From Ramazzottius varieornatus (Eukaryota; Animalia; Tardigrada): a DNA stretch of 64,000 nt. A program made the position numbers and the translations under genes. Positions 55,105 through 64,000 of the stretch are shown in pieces (the first letter of the stretch is position 1; each line of letters begins with the position of its first letter). The DNA lies in NCBI GenBank assembly GCA_001949185.1, contig BDGG01000010.1, forward strand, positions 473,337 to 537,336. Direction: 5' to 3'. The notes beneath the pieces were generated by a model. That model had not been told where the DNA came from. It saw nothing but the letters and a program-made list of their open reading frames with translations, and made no database searches.

Positions 55105-55211
55105 TCACGTGACGGCTTGTCTAGACGAAGCGGTCCCAAGCAGTCCGCTCCGGATAGGGCAGTTTACTCACGTGACAAACCATCTGTTTTCCGGGATAAC
55201 GGGTCACGTGA
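55105..55211. promoter_or_regulatory. Three TCACGTGA E-boxes in the MNAT1/NUS1 divergent promoter
   Basis: TCACGTGAC at 55105 and 55168; GTCACGTGA at 55203. Confidence 0.55.
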
Positions 55212-55384
55212 TGCCTTGCGAGTTGATTGAAGCGGTTATCGATTGGCTTGAACTGTTGGCATGTCACGTTGGCAGTCGGACATCGCATCCCGATCTCCTG
55301 GAATCTTTCTTCCTCCGCCGTCTCTTCCTTGTTCTATTCCATGCTTTGTTTCTTCTCTCACTGCTGGTACCTGCTACATGGACG

Positions 55385-56977
55385 ATGGGATCACTATCGG
55401 TGGCGCTGAGTAATCTTGTCTTGATCGGCTTGTGGAGGCTTCTACATCTTCTCATCGCCGCATATTCTTTCCTACTCTCCTTCCTCTGGCGTCTCAACCT
55501 GTTTGACCGTCTACTCCGCTGCTACCACTCTTCCCGCGCACTGGACATCGCACGGTCGGATCTTCGAAACCTGTCTCGCTTGCCAGTTCATCTGGGCTTC
55601 GTGTTCTCCGATGATCCGAGAAGATTTGCCTTGCTCAATGTTGCCGAGCTAATTGCCTGGTGTGCCGCTGTGGGAATTTCTTGCGTCAGTATCTATGATA
55701 AACACGGTAAGCGAAAGAAACCACATTTTGCGAGAGAGACTCAATAGCCTGATACTTAACTTTACAGGTTTCTGGAGGACGAGTCGGCATGAACTGCAGC
55801 GTGTCGTGGAGAAGAAGCTGCACAGCTGCAAATCAACTTCCGAAATCCTTCTGCGCGTCGATGTTCAGTCCTCAAATGACTTGCTCCAGATCCCTCTGCT
55901 GACCGCACAAAACAACGCAAAGCCTTGGAGGATCGATGGTAAGAATGTTAGGAAGAACAAAAGTACGGCGCTGGGAAGTAAAAAGAAGCCGGAAGGTTTT
56001 CGATCTCAGTTATTAGTTCTGTCTTTGACTGTCTATGATGTCATAGCCAGATCCGCGTATGACAGTTCATACTGTCGGTTTCAGCCGGCTGCAGTGGCGT
56101 CATGTGTTCCTCTTTGGCATAATGGTGTTTGGTGATGGACGAAAGCTCGCCGAACTGAAATCGTCCGTTTCGGAACGCACTAGCCTCTCCAAGAATAACG
56201 GAATCTTTTCTGTCTTTTAGGTACATTGATTTATTTTTTGAGCGAGGCGGATGGAAAGGCGACCCTGGTGGAAGGGACCAGAAGAATTTGTTCGGCTGTG
56301 AAGGACCGAAGGCTCCCTACTTCCGTCATCGATCAGAACTTATTCGACTCACACATCCGTGGTAATTCATTCTCATCTTCTGTATAGATGCCTTCGAGTC
56401 TGGTTTGATGACTCTTCTGCCTTTTCAGAAATGCAAGACTTTCCAGATCCAGATTTAATTATGAAAATTGGCAAGGTGGACAGTCTTTCGGGCTATCCAC
56501 CCTGGCAAGTTCGCCTCTCAGAAATATTGTAAGAAACTTAACCGTCTGGTGCTGTTGTATATAGAAGGTTCGGCGAAGCTAAAATAAGCTGTTTAGCCGT
56601 TCTTAGCCGTGGCAAAAAATATTTTAGCCGCGGCTAAAGCAACTAAAATCGTGCGTTCGAATGATTTATTGATGCCAAAACTATTTTAGCCGACTTAGCA
56701 TCAATAAATCAATCTAACGCACAATACATTTTAGCCGTGGCTAAAAGTATTTTAGCTGGTTTAGCCGCGGCTAAAATATTTTTAGCCACGGCCAACGAAG
56801 AACGGCTAAAGCGGCTTACTTTAGCTTCGCCAAGCCTTCTATACTGGTGTATTCTAAACTTGGCTAACCCATTCCTGTTACTTCAGGTACATGCCAAACC
56901 CGAGAGAGGTTTCTTTTTGTGATTTCCGCGACGCGTTATTCAGATTTACGCGGGTGGAGCAGCGTCTGGGACGATAA
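55385..56977 (+). CDS. NUS1: Dehydrodolichyl diphosphate synthase complex subunit NUS1 (NgBR), multi-exon
   Basis: N-terminal hydrophobic segment, RLPVHLGF, LIAWCAAVGISCVSIYDKHG, LSEADGK, PDPDL..GYPPWQVRLSEI, C-terminal EQRLGR* (RxG motif). Confidence 0.92.
56562..56841. mobile_element. Palindromic MITE with ttagccg subrepeats in the NUS1 last intron
   Basis: TA|tagaaggttcggcgaagctaaa ... tttagcttcgccaagccttcta|TA; repeated ttttagccg/cggctaaa units. Confidence 0.85.
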
Positions 56978-57587
56978 TCTTCCGGGGGTTTCTCTCTGTT
57001 GAGTTCTTTTGTGACTTTTCCATTGATAGGACTCTCTTAAGTTATTTTACTTATTGTCGAGTTTATTTTCTTACTGGAAATCCTTCAAAGGCTCCCCATT
57101 TTATTGGGGCGTGAGTTCTGTCATTTCTTTCCGAGACTGTTTTCTACACTTTCCATGATTCCAGTGTACGAAAAAGTGGATTTCTGAGTGTTCCACGTAG
57201 AGTCAGTTGGAAAACAATGGTTTTGCTCCGCGGATAAATCTGACGAATGAAGATCAGTCATCAGATCGATCGAGATATTGATAGGCGGACAGATAATTTC
57301 TGGAAACCAACCAGGATGTCCCAGTTTTTTTGTACTTGACCACAGCATTGTTTGCACGTACGCGCAGTTCATGCTACTACACAGAAGGAAATTCCATGAA
57401 CGAGGACTGTTTTCTACGGATATAAAACTTCACTCTTTGAATCCAATTCCTCCTCTAGCGTCAAAACTCTAAAGGCGGATTTTGGAAAAAGCTGTTTTTC
57501 TCTTCCCAAGATTTCACTTGACACCTTCTTCCGCATAATTCCTGAACGCTGCTTTTTTACCAGGTTTCTTGTCAGCAGGAAACGAAG

Positions 57588-58637
57588 ATGCTGGCCTTGT
57601 TAATAGTCCTTCTGGCTTTGTCCTCCGTCAAGATGTCAGCAGCCATCCCCATCCTGGTTGCCTTTAACGTCTCCACCACGACCATCCCCGTCGACGTCGT
57701 TTCCTCTACAGTCGTCCCTGTGGACTTCTCTTCTTCCTCCACCAACCTTCCTGCACGATCGATGGACCTCACTGCAACCACCGGTGTGATGCAGATCGTC
57801 CTCACATCCACAAATGCCCCGACCTCAAAGGAAGTCCCTTCGTCGTCTCCTTCCAACCCGGATCATGTGACTTCCAATGCTGAAAGGACTGACGTCGTCG
57901 TCGTCGTTCCCGCTGTCAAGGCCCGAGAGCTGAGCCAAGAAGGGACAGGAGATATCCAGACTGACGTCGCAACTATGCCCAGGAATGACTCCGTCGTTGC
58001 CGCCAACAGCCAGCCCACGGTGACAGGAACCGCCATCGTCCCAGCTGTCCAACTTCCGGCTGGATCGATCATCATCAATCCTCCAAAGGTAAGATCGAAC
58101 ACTCAAATGTCTGTCAAATCAACTGATCATCGCAGCTTTTTGAATTTGGTTAGCTTACTCTACCACGCCAATCAGAACAACTTCCTGCTCAATCAAACTT
58201 ATGCAAATCAATCAAGTGCTGCAATGAATTGACTTCCGGGTTCCTTTACAGGATGTTCAGCCTGTTCACCAACCAACTGTGGTCAACGGACAACCTCTTC
58301 CCGCAAGCTCCTTTCCAGTGAACCAGCCTCCTCCATGTAAGCCATCCTTCTCCAACTATCTTGGCAGTTGGGACTCGGGCCAATGGACCGAACCAGATCG
58401 TTATCCCAACTGTCGCATATCATCATTCTTATTGGCAGAGTGTGTGCGCCGCTTTGGCAAACGATCTGTTACAGGTCGTCTCCCGTCCTGTTTTGTGTCG
58501 TACTAGGAAATTCTGATGGAAGCATTTGTGTTGTCTTTTCAGTGACACCAAAAATTGCTCCTACTTTCGTCCTCGCTGAACCTGTGCAAGGACCTGCGGT
58601 GGGGATCCCAACTGGAACACAGCAGCGTTTCTTTTAG
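57588..58637 (+). CDS. Secreted Thr/Ser/Pro/Val-rich mucin-like protein; probable exons 57588-58088, ~58252-58336, ~58543-58637
   Basis: Signal peptide MLALLIVLLALSS..., low-complexity S/T/P/V body, plausible GT-AG introns. Confidence 0.6.
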
Positions 58638-59485
58638 ATCAACTCCGATTTTCCGCTCGCTTTTGTTGCTGCGGCTGGACCCATTTTGCGACAGGTTCGT
58701 TTAGTCACTGATTTTCTGGAAAGGCAGAAGGTTGTATTCGTTAAATTTTTATGGTTTTATGCTGTGTTGAAAGCATGAACTTTGCCTGCGTTTTTACAGT
58801 CAGTATTATATGACTTTTCCGACACTTTTGAACTTGCGTTTTGAGCATGTGAAAATGTAGTTTGATGAAAATGTAGTTTAACGAAAAAAGTCGAGTTTCT
58901 TGTGCAATTCATGGCTAGAACCGAGTACAGTGGAAGGGAACAATGATGGCCCGAGGCGTAAAGAGTAAATTGTTCCTCGGCTGAGATTTTCATGAATGGA
59001 AAGTTCAAAGTTGGGCGTACAACAAAGAACGTTCGAATCCGGCCACCAACCTGCTTGGTGGTCTTTCTCGGCTCATCTGCCTGGAATTACCACAAAAAGT
59101 GGCCCACTGTTCCCACATCGGTTTAAATGACGAAGAGACATGTTTTCACTTTAATTGTCACGATATATAGTGAAGACGGCTGAAGATCACAACATAATGT
59201 ACACAGTATTGACGGGGTACACTAAACGTGGACAGTTTGCAGAACTCCGATTAAAGCAATACGTCCACCGGTTTAGATGATACTTCCGTAAATTTGGTGC
59301 ATGCTTTTGTTCAGTGGCACTCGGCCACTACAGTACATCACGCCCTGGCGGAGTGAGCTGCCATTGGAAGCTGCCGTTCGGTGTCCCTTCATTTTACTTG
59401 GATCCGTATTGAACACTACGTTTTTCGCCATTATTATAGAGAAAAGATTCATTCTGCATCGCATCGCATGCTCGAAGACTGTTCG

Positions 59486-62400
59486 TTATGTTCCAGCTGA
59501 AACAACACCAGATGGCGATGCCGAAAGACTAAGGCGACTAGTGGCAGATCGTGTCCGCAGCAATGTTCTTGTTAGTTCTTCCGAGATTTCAATCGCGTTC
59601 TGCAATATAAAGCAATGTACAATTCCGAAGTTTCAAGGATCAGCTGCAAGTTCAACTGACCTCTTTAAAAATGCGCTCGACCACTGCAAAGGACTCTGAG
59701 TTCGAATCGAGGAACCGGCTGATGGTCGACAACATCAAACGTTCCGCGTCGCTGTATAGGGTGCTTTCAATGTCGGCTCTGACCACGGGCCAGTCCTCCG
59801 CTCGCCGTATGGCATTTAGCATGGCTGCATTTTGCTTCAGTGTGCGGTCTCTTCGAACCTTCTGTTCGTCGGTCTCCTGCATTACCGCAATCAACTCCGA
59901 GCTTTCTTGCCGAGTTCCTTGTTGGATATTGTCTTGTAACTGGTCAAGCTTCTCATCTGTCTTCCTCAAGATCTGTCGGGGGAGACATGAGCGAGATAAA
60001 GTTAGTACAGTGAAGGTGTTTCAGCATTAGGTGCCAGTGCAAAGGGAGCAAACATTTGGGCATGAGCAAATGATTTAATATGATCGTTATTCGAGCGGCG
60101 CACGTCGATCATCACGGTCATTGGCCAAAGTTGTGCTCCATTCAAGAAAACGATCATGTTCAGATCCTTTGTCGGCGTTCCAGTTTACCTGTAACTCTTC
60201 GCGGTATCCATAAACATGAGACTCGTGGATTCGCAGACGCTCTCGAACGAAACCCAGTTCGTCATCCAGACTTTGCAGTCGATCATCCATATCACTTCTT
60301 TGCTTCAGATGTAACGCGTTTTTCTTGATATCGTGGGACTGTTGTTCGTACTTGTCCAAGAACTGGCGCAGCCGCCAGTTATCGTCCATAACTTTCTGGA
60401 TGGCTGCTCTATGAGACTGGATCTGGTTCAAGATGGCCTGTTTTTCTTGGGCGGCCTTGATGAAGAAGGTGGCTTGAATCTGGACGATGTCGCTAGCATC
60501 GCCCTGCCCGTGGTCCGCAGCACCTATAGTGGGTAGCGTCATCAACTCGAACCGGGTCTTCACACCACGCTGCTGGTGCTCAAGTTCTCGTAGAATTTTG
60601 GCGAACCACGAGCGTTGTTCTTCCACGCGATTCCTTTGGGCTCGATACTGCTCGCGCTCCAGGGCTACAACGGCCATCCGTTCTTTGAACAACTGCGGAA
60701 AAATGATGATGCATTGATATTAGGTCACCTGGGTACTTAATTGGTATAGAAGCGATCAAAGAGGGATGTTAGAAGAACTCCTCCAACCCGCTTTTAAATT
60801 GATACAAGATATCAGATCTTAGTCCAGTTGGAAATGGAATGTTATTATAATGGAACAATGAATCATCAGCACTTCTTTCTGCTGGACATTCCAGAATTAA
60901 TCCACAAAACTTCAAAGCCGACTTACCCCGCTGAGCTCCTCATGACGAATGGACATGCCGGAGACGGTGTCCAGCTTGTTTTCCGCCTTGTCCGCAATGT
61001 ATCGCAGCTTCAAGCGCGAGGAGCTCATCTCGGCTACGGCTTCCTACAGAAAACGCCGAAACTGATAAGCCAGCGATTCTTATGACCGCTGCCATCAAAG
61101 TATTGCTGAACGGTCCACCAACAATTTTCCGAGCTTTGGCTTTCTCCACACTGCGCTCCGTGGTGTGCATGTACAGCATGGCTTCGGCCAGTGCAATCTC
61201 ATTGCGTTTGCGCTCTTCCTCCTGGTGGTCCACTTCCTTCTTTAGATTCTTGATAGCCTCCCCTTGTCTTAGTATCCTCTCTTTCATCATATTCGCTTCC
61301 GCCATAATGGCATCTCGTCTGGCGGTTAACGTCTTGACTTCGTCCAGCCTTTGCAAACTAGGACCTCTATCCGTCCCTTCCATAAATGCAATTCTTCGCT
61401 CAAGTTGCGCAGCTTTGTATTGCAAGTCATATACTTGTTGCGCCTGTCAGAACCAGACATACTTTTTGCACGTTCCAAACATTCAGATCGAAACAGATGT
61501 ACCCGATTGTGCGCCGAATTTCGAATGCTGCGCATCTGGGTCCTCAGGTTCCCCAAGTACAGATCGCTTCCTTTAACATTTACATTCATAGTTTCCAGTT
61601 CTGCTTTCAAACTCATATTCTCTTGTGCTTTGTTGTAGTTTGTGTCTCTCAGCTTGATGGTCTTCCGGTTGGCAATGCGGAAGCTTGTTTCCCGTTCGTC
61701 GAGAGCCTTGTTCAGCTGAGCTAGCCGCTCTTCGTCGGTCACGTTTTTTTGGTTCACCAGGGCGTTCTTCTCTTCAATGTCCTGTGCGATGTTCCTCCAG
61801 CGAGCTTCGTCGGCTTTAGCGCGGTTGATTTGAGCAGTCAGCTCGAGAATGCTGGCTTTGGAGGTCTTGATGGCTCTTCGCTTAGTACCGCAAGCATTGT
61901 TGAAGGAATGAATTTGGTCCTGAATTTCCTGTATCTTCTTCTCTAGTTCTGCGGCGTAATCTCGGGCTTTGACAGCGTTGACTTCGTTTGCCGCTAGACG
62001 GCGCTCCAGTTCGGCATTGTTCCGCAGTTCGCTGTCATAAAACTCCCGTTGGCGCTGCATGGCTTCGTTCTTTGCCGTAGTTTTCGCAGCCAGTGAATCT
62101 AATTCCTGCATACGGAAGCATCGTAAGTGGATCACGGAAAAAGTAAATTACAACATCATTCAACATCGGAAAATATCAACAATCTACTTTAATATATGTT
62201 TGGCGTGCGATTAAGATTTAACGAACTTTGTAGGGAAAAAGACGGAGATAAAAGTCCATATCAGAAGTTTGCCTGATGTTGTACTGTACACGTACGATGG
62301 AAATTTGTGGGACAGTAAATATTATGGAACAGGCGTTTTCGCTACAGCGGTACGGAAGCACGTATGTACACAGCGGATTCACACTAATATACTGGTCAAC

Positions 62401-63667
62401 ACTTTTCTACGGTCGAATATCCATTTTGCCGTCCTTTCCACCTGTCCCATAATTTTTACTGTCCAATAATTTTCCATCGTGCGTGTATTTATCTACCGCG
62501 TCAACCATACCTCCTGAAGTCGCCGAATGTCGTCGTCACCACTTTTTGCGTGCTGCTTGATCTTCGACCACTGTTCGATCTTAGCGTCGCGTTCGACCGT
62601 AGCTTCAGCCACTTGTTGAGTTAATCTGCCCAGCTCCACCTTGGCGCCTTTCATCTCCAACCCCATGTTCTCTTCGTCTCGCCTGGATTTGTCTTCGTCG
62701 ACAGCCAGCTTTTCAATGCGCTGCATACACTGCCGGACCTTTTCCTCATCTTCCCGACAGTACTTCTCCAGTAGCCGGTACTCGCTCTGGTGCTTCTCCG
62801 AATACGTGATACAGGCGTCGATCAACTCCCGGTCCAGGTCGGTCTCCGTCTGGAGGTCGGTAATTTGTTTCGTCATCTTCTCTTTCATTTTCTATCAGAA
62901 AAAAGTTATGAATACGTTCCAACCCGCAGAAGTGTGACATGTATGGACGAGAAGGCTAGTTACCTGATCGCGATGACATCGGTCGATGTACTGCTTCGCA
63001 GTACTTTCCGTCCGCTGTTTCTCCAAACCCAGATGAGACGTCTCCAGTTGTTTCAGGCTGACTTGTTTTTGCAGGGACTCTACCTCTTCCTGTCGGGCTG
63101 CTTTCAAGTTCTAAACGACAGAGCGAACATATGTGTGCCTTCTTTCGTATTTAGTTCAGAAAATTAAGCCCATGCGCACCGTTAGAGAGTTGAACTGAAT
63201 TTGCAGCGAGTCGACATAATGCTTCCGCCTGGTCTTCTTCAACCGGAGCAACTCTAGCTTTTCCTTTTCTTCTTCGGCCAACTCGAGTTTCGCAGCCAGT
63301 TCTTTCTCCAACTGAAACACCTCGTCGTCCCACAAGCCGACAGTTGTTTCCTTCCTTGTGCTGCTAACGCCTTCTCGGTCATCCAAGCTTTGAGGATGGC
63401 CCATAAGGTACTCTGGGTTCGCTGCACTCCGGCCATCCGATAAAAATCGCTCATCCTCCCAAGGGTCATCATCCAGGAAAGCTTTCTCGGTTGCACTGCT
63501 CTCAATGATACTTTCGACAATGTGCAAACCTTGGGCCAACAGGGATTCTTCCGAACTTGGCTGCGCAACAGCATCTGTCTGAAAGGAAACTTAGTCCAGT
63601 TGAAAATTTAATCACGTGGTCAGTTAAGTTAGATATGGGATGCATGCATACCTGACGGTTCTGGCAT
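59486..63667 (-). CDS. CCDC39: Coiled-coil domain-containing protein 39-like (axonemal ruler), multi-exon; 5' end uncertain
   Basis: Long coiled coil; LEKYCREDEEKVRQCMQRIEKL...AKVELGRLTQQ...ERDAKIEQWSKI...DDDI resembles CCDC39 LQKYAQQDDNKI...ERQELIKQWE; also Y....LERRIAFMEG. Confidence 0.72.
62289..62485. mobile_element. TA-flanked MITE in a CCDC39 intron
   Basis: TA|cacgtacgatggaaa.t..tgggacagtaaa.attatgg.acagg ... cctgtcccataatttttactgtccaataattttccatcgtgcgtg|TA. Confidence 0.85.
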
Positions 63668-64000
63668 GTCAGATTTGTAAATGTTTTCGAGCAGACTTAG
63701 ACTGTTGATATCTCACTGTGTCCGAGAAACTTTAGAATGCTTCGACTTTCATGATAAAGTTTGAGACCACTCACATCTCCCCTTGCCTGCTTTACAACCT
63801 TGAGAAGAAAACTGCCATTCTTCGACTAGTCTTTGCCTTCCAGAACCTCAAGACAGCTAGAGTCTTGTTACCTTGGGACCAACATCGCGGTCAACATTGC
63901 TGGACATAATCTTCAGTATACTCACGTGAACCGGGCAGGCTGTGATAAACCCGGCGTCATTGAATTTTGATCGAGATGCGTTTCAGCATGCAGTTTGATT

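Noticed and set aside
54896-55384. 5' extension of the 283-aa ORF as the NUS1 N-terminus
   Set aside because: It overlaps the MNAT1 start antisense and spans the promoter; the ATG at 55385 gives a normal NUS1.
59010-59050. GTTCGAATCC tRNA T-loop-like motif
   Set aside because: No D-arm/A-box, anticodon stem or acceptor pairing upstream.

Overview
Eukaryotic (animal) genomic DNA with compact genes and short GT-AG introns, plus one 50-N scaffold gap at 14899-14948. The gene style (tiny introns, divergent intronless class-A GPCRs, a CYP315A1/shadow-like P450) suggests a compact ecdysozoan genome, possibly a tardigrade; this is inference only. Left end: the 3' part of an Lhx1/5 LIM-homeobox gene, convergent with the mitochondrial P450. 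About 12-44 kb: a repeat-rich accessory zone with two GPCR genes, a GPCR pseudogene, an otopetrin, a decayed fungal/bacterial-type intradiol dioxygenase, an intact intronless 131-aa microbial-type putative Zn peptidase (M15/LAS-like motifs), a two-ORF PIF/Harbinger-superfamily transposon, a pogo relic and many MITEs. About 45-64 kb: a dense housekeeping cluster (DCAF7, POLR2D, IMMP1L, PHTF, MNAT1, NUS1), a secreted mucin-like gene and CCDC39. The most unusual signals are the microbial-type peptidase gene and a dispersed, mostly intronic hairpin family. That family has a conserved centre (CAAGTGGCGCAC-N~25-GTGCGCCACTTG) and self-complementary arms that differ between copies. All calls come from reading and recalled family motifs; no searches were run.
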